64,000 nt of DNA from Eledone cirrhosa (GCA_964016885.1 OZ024740.1:196106001-196170000); one strand, 5' to 3'. Counted from the first letter of the stretch, positions 11,549-23,174 are shown. Program-made: numbers and translations. The notes: generated by a model from the sequence alone, not told the origin.

Positions 11549-14500
11549 TTTCTTTATTAGCCACAGGGGCACAAAAGAAGGGGACAAATACAAAGGGGGA
11601 AGTTTACATACAATAAAAACGTGTAAAATACTATCACAAATGCAATTTAAAAATTAATCGATTTTCCCCAATAGAGGGAGACATTACATATGGGTAACAT
11701 ATACACCCGAAAAAATGTGCAACCCTTATCTCTGAAGAGTGAGTATCCCTTTCCTCTCTTCCTCTTTTTCCTCAACCTACAGGCTGATATAGAGAGAGGG
11801 CCCATTCACTCATGCCATTCTCGCCACTTTCACCCACTTTTCATAAAACTTGCTGGGGTACAGCACCTCTCTCTCCATCCTGATTCTTCTTCCAAAGTGG
11901 TATTTGAAAAAAAGAATCAGTTGCTGGCCGGAGAGAAAGGTGTCTGACCTCAGCCCTTTTAACCTCGTCCACCATATAACCTCTTTTGCCATAGCTATCA
12001 GACAAAGGAAAACCGCCTCTCCTTCGTTTTTGAAGGAGGGTGGCGGTTTGATCATGACAATGGACTCGGTGGTCAACCGGATTGGTCCCACCCGCGACAA
12101 TAGTCGTTCTACATAGCCCCACAGGTCAGTGACGCCCAAGCAGTGTACGAATGCATGCGCAACGGTTTCTTCGTCTCGCACGCATCTCAGACAGATCTTT
12201 TTCGAAGGGTCCCTGCCTGGGCGCCCATGTCTGTAGAGCTTGTCTCAAACTGGTAGAGCTCCTCGGTAGCACTGCCAGGCCAGGGACTTTTGGAGGTTCT
12301 ACCGAACAGACTGGCCAGTTCCTCTTCTTCTACGCCTAGAGTTTCTCCGAGCGCGTCGTCGCACTTGCTGCGGACCAACCCTCTATAGAATGACGAAGTG
12401 GAGTCTCCACTGATCGCCGGCTCCGCCTGCCAGAGGGCTGTGAGCGCCTGAGCACATTCGGTGTGCCAGTCGCCCATTTTCCTCGGTCTTTGCTTGACCC
12501 AGGACTGCAGCTCGGTCAGCGAGACGAGTCGTAGGAAGGCTCGCCTCACGAACGGGGCCCACACCGGTTATCCGGTGAGGAATACGTGGAGATGCCGCAG
12601 CCTGAGAGCATGTTTGGGCATCGTCAGCCATGGCATTCCCAGCCCTCCATTGGAAGGGTGTTGGCAGCAGATGGATCTTCTCACCAAAGGAGCCCGCTTC
12701 TTCCAAAGGAATTGGAAGAACACGCGCTCCATTTTGGTGAGCGTTTTGGCTGGACAAGGCACGACGGTCAAGTGGTAGTAGATGACGGACGCTATAAAAG
12801 TGTTCGCCACCTCCGTTCGACCTTTCAAGGATAGTTTGCACTCGGCCCACTTCTGGGTGAGTGCAAACACCTTGGCCATCACCTCGTTCCAGTTCTTCTC
12901 CACCTGGAGGTCCAGACCAAACCAGACCCCGAGCAGCTTCACCGGTCCTTCTGTCCAGCATCCGACGACGCCATTGGAAGGCATCGGTTTGCCTCTCCAC
13001 AATCCAAGTTGCAAACCGATGGACTTGTCCCGGTTCAGCTTCGCTCCTGTGAACCTTTCGTATTCCTCCAGTAAGGTGCCGATCTCCCCGATTTGCGAGG
13101 TGCTCAACACCATTACTGTCACGTCGTCGGCGTAGGCCGGCGCCGCTTTCCGCAGTCCCGGTTCCAGAGGGATGCCCTGCAATAGCTCCAACTTCCGCAG
13201 TAGTGGCTCGAGAGTCAGTATGTACAGAAGGGAGGAGAGAGAGCATCCCTATCGAATGGATCGGGTGATATGGAGCGGCTCTGAGAGGTAGCCGTTCACC
13301 TTGACCCTTGAGCAGATGTTGCTGCTGTGCATTGCAGCAATCCAACCCCTGAACACGGGTCCGAAGCCTGCCACCTCAGGCACCGCATCCAGGTAACGAT
13401 GGTCAGCCCTATCGAAAGCCTTAGACTGTTGATCAGGGCCCCACCGAAGCCGGGTTTACACCCAACCCTCTCTACGATGTATTGCATGAGGTGGAGGTTG
13501 TCGTGTATGGACCTGGTCGGGATTGCGCATGTCTGCGCTTCTCCCACCAGGTTTTTGAAGACAAGTGCCAACACCTTGGCCAAAACCTTGGCCAAAATCT
13601 GTGCCAACACCTTGGCCAAAATCTGTAACTCTGTGTTTAGCAGAATTATGGGCCGGAAGTTGCCTATGTCATCCCCCTTATTCTCATCCTTCCTGACTAG
13701 CGTGACTACGCCTCTGGTCACAGAACTGGGAATTCTCTCGTTCTGTTGCCAGTTGCAATAGACCGCTTCCAGGAGAACAGAGAACAAGTCTGGCATTGCT
13801 ACATAAAATTCGTAGGGTAGATCGTCGAGACCTGGAGATTTGCGTTTGCTGCATTGGCTCAGCATGTCCCCTATCTCAGCGGCTGAAATCGGCCTTTTGC
13901 AGAACTTCGCCTCGCTGTCCGAAAGTTGCGGCAGGCCGTCGAGGTATGGACCGAAATCCATAGCCCCTCCCGGCGCGCCGCCCTGCCCGAACAGTTGAGC
14001 AAAGTGCCGCTGAAAGGCCATGCACATCTGCTTCGGCTCCCGTATCACGCGTCCATCTTGGTCCTTCAAAGACCGAATCGTGGACTTGTTACCACTTTTC
14101 GCTTGCCTCCGTCACTCGGGCCCAGCTAACAGCTTTGGCTCCCTCGTTACCCAGAGCACGTAATTTGCTTCTGACAACGCAGCCCTCGTGCTTTGCATCA
14201 AAGAACTGGTCCAAGGCCGTTCTCGTTGCTAGCACGCTGGCTACGTTGCCACTTCTAATTGCCTCTTCTACTTTATCTACCAGTTCCTTCTCGGTCCTAT
14301 TTCTATCTAACGCTAATTCTTTACTAAAAACTAACGAGTCTAATCTAACTGCCCTCTTGAGAGAGTACCACCATCTGTTGTTGACAATGGCCCGTGTCAA
14401 GTGCTGTTTAACTAAAGTGCTAATTCGTCTACTGTAGGCTTTGCATGTCGGTAACGACAAGTTCAGCTTACAGTAGCCGGGTCCCTGTCTATGGGTTCTA

Positions 14501-14637
14501 TCAAGGTTGACCCTGCAGGTCACTAGTTTGTGATCTGAATAGGCAACCATGAACATTTGTGGACAGCTTAACATGTCCCTATACTTATTTCTAACTAGAA
14601 CCCTATCTAGGTACAATCTAGATGTTCCACGTCCACA
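11549..14637 (-). mobile_element. Tx1/L1-clade LINE, 5'-truncated within the endonuclease, decayed
   Basis: Endonuclease end YLDRVLV..SDHKLV. RT motifs KSPGLDDLPYEFY, NFRPIILLN, IHDNL, YADDVT. C-terminal ETVAHAFVHC. 3' end AATAAAGAAA. GATA/GACA arrays on both sides. Confidence 0.9.
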
Positions 14638-15629
14638 GTGACACAGATAGATAGATAGCTAGATAGACAGGCAGACAGACAGATAGATAGACAGATAGAT
14701 AGATAAATAGATAGCGAGATAAACAGACAAACATGCAGACAGACAGATGCAAGTCTTAGATAATGTTTTATTGGGCAATAACTACAGTTTACTGTGGCCC
14801 TTATCCAACTTTGTTTGTTGAAATTGTTCAAAGATATGTTTTTTTAAGGTGTAAATAGCAATTATATTGAGAAAAATTATTTTTTTATCTCTCTAAATTT
14901 TATTTTGTAACAATTTCTAGGAAATGAAGAAGGGAACACGTCTTTTCATTAATGTTTTCATTACTTTCAATTTATATATGTAAGTTAACTAAATACAAAC
15001 CCGGAAATTTTTTATCATATCGTCTGATTTCATGTTGATAATGGATAATGTCAGATTCATTTCTACAGGAACATAATCTCATTTCTACAACCCACCCACC
15101 TCTCCCTGCCAAAGTTATGTGTTATCTTCTCAACATAATCAATATTTATACCTTTGAAAGTATATTTCTATGAAATTCTATTAAAACATATGTATTATTA
15201 AGAAAGTCATGAGGAAATAAATTTGATGGGAGATGGTTGTGATGGTGATGGGGGTGGAGAGACAACACTAATTATGCCATATCGTTTCTATTTCATAACA
15301 GACAGACAAACAGACAGATAGATTATGATGTGATGTGCAGTCGATTGTCGCACTTGGTGGTGAAACCCCCTTCTTATTTTCCTCTTTTTTTATCTCTCTT
15401 TTTGCGTTTATATTTGTATATATTATATGTGTTTTCATTCTGTAAGCATTAGCATCAGACACCATGCTTTGCAGCATAGAGTTATGGCCATTTACATTCT
15501 GAGTTCGAATCCCGCCAACGTTAACTTTGCCTTTTATCCTTATGGGGTCGATAAAATAAAGCGCCAGTAATGCACTGGGGTAATTGCTGGCCTAGTGCCA
15601 AACATAAAAACAATTATATTTTTATACAA

Positions 15630-15975
15630 CATCATCATCATCATCCTTTCATTTTACGTCCGCTTTTTCCCTGCTTGCAAGGGAGGGACGGGAACTGATT
15701 CTGGCTTGATTTCTACAGCTGGATGCCCTTCCTAACACCAACCTCATTTACAGTGAGTGCTGGGTGCTTTTTTGCCGTGGCACCTCCACGACCACTTTGC
15801 AGTGGAATGATATGGACCCCAGTCCCTATCATCTTATTTCTACAGCTGAGTAAACTGGAGCAATGTGAAATAAAGTGTCTTGCCCAAGGAAACAACACAT
15901 CACCCGGTCTGAGAATTGAACTCACAACCTTTTGATTGCAAGGCCAATGCTCTAACCACTAAGCCATGTGCCTCC
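15630..15975 (-). mobile_element. tRNA-headed SINE with RTE-derived tail (family A)
   Basis: A-box TGGCTTAGTGG, B-box GTTCAATTC, body CCTTGGGCAAGACACTT, AGGAAGGGCATCC, and a 3' tail matching the RTE end at 56610-56679. Confidence 0.85.
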
Positions 15976-16192
15976 TTGCTCAAAGACAAAGCACCAAAAA
16001 AAAAGATACATAGGCATATGAGGTAGATATATAGAAAGGGAAATAGATACATAGAGAGATAGACACAAGAAAGTTTGTTTCTGTACATGTGTTGACTCCT
16101 CAGTGTCAGTTGAGTTTTGGAACATTTAGTCAATCCTGCACATGTGTAACAGGGAGGTGAGACAGACATTTTGTCTGTTCCTTCCTCTTGAT

Positions 16193-16347
16193 AATAATTG
16201 TTTCTACTTTTAGCACAAGGCCAGCAATTACCCAATGCATTACTGGTACTTTATTTTATCGACCCCCATAAGGATTTGAACTCAGACAGTAAAGGGACAT
16301 AACTATGCTGGAAAGCATGGCATCTGACCCTCTACTGATACTGCCAA
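16193..16347 (-). mobile_element. SINE family B copy; the Helitron is inserted at its head
   Basis: Reverse complement of family B with an internal deletion. Confidence 0.75.
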
Positions 16348-17289
16348 TCTATATATATAAAACTGTGGTTGTCTGTCTGTCTATCGATTTTCGGCACACA
16401 TCTCCTCTTAGAATCTCTGACGGAATTGCACCGAAATTGCTATACTTGTACATTGAGCCCTAGCGAAGACATCGGAAAAAAAATATTTCAAATTGACCCA
16501 CCCTATGTGACGAAATCGAATATAATGTATCGATTTTTGAGCGTAAGTTATCAGTTATTTCCCTTTGTTCTGTTTACATTGAGCGTCTTACGTAAAAAAT
16601 TACGCTGGCTTTCTCAGCGTTTAAAATGACATTAACACAATACACGAACAGTTGTCGAGCCAGCAAAATATTGACCTGCAAAATTCATCAGTTCGAACAC
16701 TAAGCTTCCGTTTATTTCCATTTAAAAGCATTTTAAAACAATATTTTTACTTGAAAACAAGTCTATTTGAAGACTACGTAAAACAAGCAAATATTTCGTC
16801 GTTAGGGGTGCAGACAGACAGTCGTGCAGACAGACAGTCGTGCAGAGAGGTGATATACGCGTGCAGACAGACAGTCGTGCAGAGAGGTGATATAGGCGTG
16901 CAGACAGATAGTCGTGCAGAGAGGTGATATAGGCGTGCAGACAGACAGTCGTGCAGAGAGGTGATATAGGCGTGCAGACAGACATAACTGATAATTTGGT
17001 TACGCTAATGTTTTTCTCTGCGTTGCAGTGTTTACATTTTCGATCTTTGTTAATAAATAACCAGTGCAGTTTCTATCCCCAGCATCCTCTTTTGTTATAA
17101 CATTCGGGTTATCGTTATGTTTTCTTAACTTCATAAGGCATATTGTTGGTTGAGGGAATATTAATCAAAAACACCACATGCAAGTCTGCACAGTAGACAC
17201 TACAGTTTTTAAGCCAAGAAAGAAACTTAACATTGTAACTTTAACACAGCTACTGAGCGACCCCGAGCAACGCCGGGCTTTACTGCTAG
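16348..17289 (+). mobile_element. Non-autonomous Helitron (942 bp)
   Basis: A|TCTATATATATAAAA 5' end, (TGTC)n near the start, subterminal hairpin CCCGAGCAACGCCGGG, CTAG|T 3' end, no TSD. Confidence 0.85.
16808..16982 (+). repeat. 37-bp minisatellite inside the Helitron
   Basis: About 4.5 copies of GTGCAGACAGACAGTCGTGCAGAGAGGTGATATAGGC. Confidence 0.9.
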
Positions 17290-17290
17290 T

Positions 17291-17615
17291 TAATAATAAA
17301 ATTATTGTGTACATTACTCAGGTGAACTACAACTCATCAAAGGTGTATGTATAGTACAGAGAATAATGTACAAAAGTTAAGAAAATGAACAGTGTATGAG
17401 TCATGATAAACACACAGATACATGCATGCATGTGTATGGAGGGGGAATATCAGGTGTAGTGTTGGCAAATTTCGGGAAGCATAGAAGTTTTGAAGGATGC
17501 AGTGTCCCGACAGCTAACAACTGATGCAAGTAGTTTCTTCCATGCTTCAGCAACTTTGAGTGTGAAAAGATGTTTCTGAAAGTCATGGGAGCTGTGCTGT
17601 TTTCTGATTTCTCTT
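17291..17615 (-). mobile_element. CR1/L2-type LINE 3' end (other copies at about 21870-22092 minus and 425-505 plus)
   Basis: FTLKVAEAWKKLLASVVSCRDTASFK resembles the CR1 ORF2 C-terminus. Shared 3' UTR and (ATT)n tail. Confidence 0.75.
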
Positions 17616-18234
17616 CTCACACTATCTTTCTGTTCCATCCTTTATTTCTTATTCTATCTTCTGATGAAGATCTAGTGTCTAAAACGTAAAGACTCTCTTC
17701 TTATTCTATCAAGCGTTAAACTAATATATTTCTCCATTGTACTGTGTTGTTTTCTTTGTTGTTTCTGTTTACTTTTTGCATACATAAATAAATAGATATT
17801 TATATATTTATTTTATATGTATATATTTGAGCTAATCCAGTAGCCTATTATACTGGAGTTACCCCAATATGTTGCCACACATGAAAAGACGAGACATTGA
17901 GGGGACTGCAAAATAGCAGACTACTGGATCAATCAAAATAAACTATTACACTCTACTATGGAAGACAACTTCAAAATAGAATTTAAAAAAATAAAAGTAA
18001 AACATAAATGAAATTCAAATTGATAAAAAGAAATTTCAGTGTTTTCTGTTGAATTTCAACATGAGTTTAATTTCAGTTTCTCCAAATCCACCTTTTTTTG
18101 TATATTGCAATTTATGAAAAATAAATCCATTTTATCAATTTGAAATTTCACCTGGAAAACTTAAGAAAAATACCCTTCCATACACACAAATCAAACATTA
18201 AATGACGATGATGAGTATCTATCTAGCTCACTCA

Positions 18235-18285
<51 letters not shown>

Positions 18286-18516
18286 ACACATACATGTCCC
18301 ACCCTTGCAAGCAGGGAAAAGCAGATGTAAAATGATGATGATGATGATGATGATGACATACATTCATCACAACATAAAATAAAAATTCCTGTTGCTGAAA
18401 ATCGAATTTTAAAAAGCTATGATGATGCTAATGGAATATATTGATTGATTAACCAGGACAGCTTCACAAGTCAATGTAGTTGATAGAATCATTATTAGTC
18501 TTATCAGTATTATCTA

Positions 18517-18722
18517 TGGCAGTATCGGTAGAGCATTGGACACCATGCTTTACAGCATAGAGTTACGGTCCTTTACATTCTGAGTTCAAATCCCACCAAG
18601 GTTAGCTTTGTCTTTCATCCTTATGGGGTCAATAAATAAAGCACCAGCAATGCACTGGGGTCGATTTAATTGACTCCCCCTGCTCTAATTGCTGGCCTTG
18701 TGCCTAAAGTAAAAACAATTAT
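18517..18722 (+). mobile_element. SINE family B with a Meta/MESC-like core
   Basis: TGGCAGTATCGGTAGA head, GAGTTCAAATCC B-box, core TTTCATCCTT..GGGTCGATAAAATAAAGTACCAG. Other copies at about 1690-1798, 4585-4700, 10315-10490, 15445-15616, 18830-18965, 21365-21470, 40470-40600 and 51632-51700. Confidence 0.75.
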
Positions 18723-19687
18723 CTACTACATGTAAAAGCAAAGTATCAGAGTACATACATTATTGGCCAACCAGCAATGAGGTTTCTTGAGTTTTAAGAA
18801 ATCCATTGCAGTCTTTTTCAGTGTGTGAAGTGGCAGAGTTGGTAGACCTTAGAACAAATTACCCTGAAGTATTTGTTTCAGTTGCCTACATTCTGAGTTC
18901 AAATTCTGATGAGGTCAACATTCTACTTCATCCTTTTTTTTGTAGGTCAATAAAATAATGTACCAATCCTGGGCAATGGATTGATGGAATTGTTAGTGTT
19001 TGATGAGCTGCCTTCTGGTATATACCTTGAATGTATGTGTTGTGAGTTCTTGAGTGGTAGACTTAATCCACAACTCAGTTTAACACCACCACCCGTGGTG
19101 GCGTGTGGCTTAGTAGTAAGGGTGTTGTACTTAAGACCATAATGTCATGGGTTTGATTCTTGGACTGGGTTGTGTGTTGTGTTGTGTTCTTGAGCAAAAC
19201 ATTTCATTTCAAGTTGCTCTAGTATACACAGCTGAAAATGAGTACCAGCAGTAGCTGGGTATTTAACCCTACGATGGACTAGCATCCTGTCCATGGGGGA
19301 ATCTTGTACTCTCAGTCACTTCACACCACAGAAACCAGGATAAGCACTGGCCTGATAAGCCTTCAGGCTTGTGACAGACTTTGGACTTTAGACTTGTTTT
19401 GGGGTGCCTGAACTATTCAGACCAAATCTTCAGCTTGAGAATAACTTCCTACATGTGTTCAACTAGTCATGGCAGCCTTGAAAACAATAGGATGTGAACA
19501 CTGCCCTTCACTTCCTGATTACGTTGGAAAAAGAACTTTGAATTTAACAAGCTTCAGTTCATTTAGCTGATAGAAATAGCAGATTATCTGTGTATTATCT
19601 GAGGAATGGAGGCAGGTGAAAATTTACCTCACAGATATAAACATTTTGTCTTTATCTACAATATTTTAGTGAACAGTAAAAGAGAAA

Positions 19688-19735
19688 TCACCCAGACTAG
19701 TTTCAATCCAGTGTTGGGATTTCTTCAGTGACTGA
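19688..19735 (-). ncRNA. Minimal hammerhead ribozyme motif in the neurensin intron (sense strand)
   Basis: Minus strand reads TCAGTCA-CTGAAGA-AATCC caacact GGATT-GAAA-CTAG-TC-TGGGTGA: intact core, perfect stem II, palindromic stem III, GUC site, imperfect stem I. Confidence 0.65.
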
Positions 19736-20807
19736 GTACCTTCTTTGATTGTCTGGTTGATATTTATTTTTCTATCCACAAAGATATTGTATACACATAT
19801 ATACAAACAAAGTGTTTAAATCTGTTTATACATACTGTGCTGACTAAATGTCTATAGATATATTCTGTAGTACTTTCAGAGCCATTGCTAGGCACTAAGC
19901 AATCTAGATCATCACCAAGGGTATTACAAAAATTCTGAACAACTTGGACAAAATTTCTAAAAACACAAAATCTTAGTACTTAAGAGAGAAGTTGAAGACA
20001 CTCCTGGAACAGAGAAAGTGAGAGAGAGGGTAAGATAGGGGAAGATGAATGGGTCATCTGGTGTTATGAGCTGTCATGTAATTTGGTGTGGATAAATGTG
20101 AACTGTGGAGTGGAAAATGCAGGCTCAGTAATTTTATTTCATGTTGTCATAGCAAGAAGTGCCAAGAACCGAGTTCATCAACCTGCCAAACTGTAAGTTG
20201 AAATTGTTTTATTTCTCTAACATAATTATCAGATTTTTCTTCTATTATGATATACCTATTCAATAAAATATTGACTGAGATTATCTTTTTTACACATTTG
20301 TTGAACTAAAAAAAAAATCAAACATGAAATTGATTGATCACATTGATTGACAAGATCCCAAACTTTATTCGCTTACCAAGTGGGGTGGAACTTGTCAAAT
20401 CAGACCAAGGAAACAATGTTTCCATTGGTCTTTGCATTGCTGATACTATCTACTGGTGGCATCTCCTGGCAGAAAGAGCAATGTGATATAAAGTGTCTTG
20501 CTCAAGGACATGATGCATTGCTCAGTCCAGGAATTGAACGTGCAACCACATGATGGTGAAAACAATTCCCTAATCACAAGTATGAAATAGATGTGTTTAT
20601 AATGAGATTTTTTCTTTCAATCTTAGTAGTTCTTGTCTCATCTGGTGCACACATTGTAGGGCTGGCTTAGGGCACTGAAGTGAGGCAAAAGAGGTGTACA
20701 TTGTAGAACTGGTCCCAGACAGAGGACACTCTGGAACTGGTCCTGAGTACAGTATAGAATTAATATAAAGATAATATAGAATATTAATTAAAATTAGGAT
20801 TATTACT

Positions 20808-21028
20808 TGTAAGGAGTACTCAATACTTCCCCTAGTCTGCCATGGTTTACTAGCTCTATACAGACGTGTAAATTGATTAAATAAATAAATAAATAATAAA
20901 TATGGTAGATACTTATACCATAAGCATCTACCATATTTATTATTTATTTATTTATTCAATCAATTTACACGTCTGTATAGAGCTAGTAAACCATGACAGA
21001 CTAGGGGAAGTATTGAGTACTCCTTACA
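20808..21028. repeat. 221-bp near-perfect palindrome (fold-back element)
   Basis: 109-bp arms (20808-20916 and 20920-21028), 3-nt loop ACC, 3 mismatches. Confidence 0.95.
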
Positions 21029-22201
21029 GTTGGTAATCAAAAAGAGCTAGTGAGACAAGTAATAAAAAAAATAATAAATTAATTAATTAAAAAAGGAAAA
21101 AAATACTTTTGGTAATAGTTTTAGATACTTGTGCAGTCATAACCAAACACAAATACCCTCTTGACCCGATGAAATATCTAAGATATGACAGGTGGAGTAT
21201 TCTGATGGAATAGTAGGGGCACCATATTGACATACAGCATTTCTCGAGCATTTTTAAACCTGGTGGAGCCCATCACTGTCCAGGCCTGAGTACAGCAGAT
21301 TTCTTCCAGAGAAGATAGAAAGTGAGAGATAGGAAGTGAAAAAGACACATTAAAGAAGAATTGATCCCAATACTAGACTGGTATATTTTTTATTGACCTC
21401 AAAAGGATGAAAGGTAAAGCTACCTCAGTGGAATTTGAGCTCAGAGATCAGAGAGCCAGATCGAATACCACGGTTAAGTACAGGGCTCCATTGGCCAGGA
21501 GCAGGGGGGTGGGTGGGGGGCATCTTTCTGCCAACAAAATTTTTTACGATGAATTTTTCAAATGTTAGGGGGCTTCATAACTTAACTAGTATAGGGCCTC
21601 ATTTTTCCTAAATCCAGCACTGGCTCAAGGACATAATGCATCACCCGGCCCAGGAACTAAACTCACAACATCATGATTGCGAATCCAATTCTCTAACCAC
21701 TAAGCCACACGCCTTCAAGATAATATAAGGATAGTCTATAAACTAGTGTGATAAATACAACTAATTGCTGGACTGTTTTGTAATTAGAGATATCCATCAA
21801 ATAATCATTGACTTCAATGTTTAAGAAAACAAGAATTATAATGCCTATATTATTCTGAGGGGTTTAAATGATAATAATAATAATAATAATGAAAATGAAT
21901 GTATACAGTGCTCAGGTGAACTACAACTCATCAAAAGTGAAAGTATAGTACATAGAATAATGTACAAAAGTCAGGAAAGTGAACAGTGTATGAGTCATGA
22001 TGTACACAGACACATGCATATGTACGGAGGGGGAATATCAGGTGTAATGTTGGCAAATTTCAGGAAGCATGGAAGTTTTGAAGGATGCAGTGAATGAAAA
22101 TTGAACCTGGGCTGCAGATTTGTTTTTCCTGGAGGGTAACAAACCACCAACGCTATGGTGCTCATCATCAGCTCCAGACAAGGCTACAAAAATATACAAA
22201 C

Positions 22202-22432
22202 CTCTTCATAGATTGATGGATCTTTGAATGTTGGTGATTCATAAAAATAATGCAGGTATGATTTCACTCCGATATAATCTCGACTGTCTTGTTTACCGAC
22301 TGTCTTGAACAGTAGGCGTTTGGTTGATGCCAGTGAGCTGTTTCGGTGTCCTTCTTCAGCTTCACTATTCAAAGCTTCAAGATCTTCCTCGAAGCTGCCA
22401 GCTGTCGCTTCCGTTGAAGTGATGTTCTCCAT
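22202..22432 (-). CDS. NRSN1: Neurensin-family membrane protein, coding exon 1 (77 aa, MENITS...FKDPSIYEE)
   Basis: Contains YIGVKSYLHYFYE, matching the neurensin signature YGVRSYLHQFYE. The ATG at 22432 is in AAAATGG context with an in-frame TGA just upstream. Acceptor ttttctttgtag lies before 22446. Phase-0 donor GAG|GTTTGT at 22201. Confidence 0.9.
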
Positions 22433-23174
22433 TTTGGTTCATAAACCTACAAAGAAAATAAGTCAATTGGATAAGAATCAATATGTGTGTGTAAATGTTT
22501 GTGTAAGTGTATGTGTTTGTATGTAAGTGTTTGCATGTGTATAAATGTTTGTATAAGTGTATGTGTTTGTATGTGTATGTATTTGTGTAAGTGTATGCGT
22601 CTGCATGTGTATGTGTTTGTATGCATTTGTAAGTATGTGTTTGCATGTGTATGTGTATCTATCTGTATGATGAATCACGTAAATCAAAAACAAAAGACAA
22701 AAACAAAAAGTAAAATTCATAGTCAATACACATGGGTGTTTACAGTTCAGGTTTGTATACACACACACACACACATATCATCATCATCGTTTAATATCTA
22801 TCTTCCACGCTAGCATGAGTTAGACGGGAATTGTCCCACTTGAGACAAGATTGATCGGGTGACCATGTCTTGCTCATATAGGACTGTATCTGGCAGGTTT
22901 TCTATGGCTGGAAGCCCTTCTTAACACCAACCACATTTACAGTGTGGACTGGGAGCCTTTTTACTGTGTTTCCTACATGACCACTTTACAGCGTGGACTG
23001 TGTGTTTTTTTTTTTTGTCATGACACCTACACAAACTCTTTAGTTTGGACTGGATGTTCTGTGGTACCAACATAACTTTAAAGAGAAAGGGTCGTGTTGG
23101 AGGGAGTGGGGGGATGGAGTAGGGGGAGTGGGTTGGAGTGTATATTTTGTTAGGAGGAGCCTACTGATTGTAGG

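Noticed and set aside
15900-15975. tRNA-like sequences with A and B boxes
   Set aside because: They are SINE heads that continue into SINE bodies and do not form a full cloverleaf.
16808-16982. Regular repeats resembling a CRISPR array (also 10700-10900)
   Set aside because: The units are tandem with no unique spacers, the context is eukaryotic and there are no cas genes. These are minisatellites inside mobile elements.
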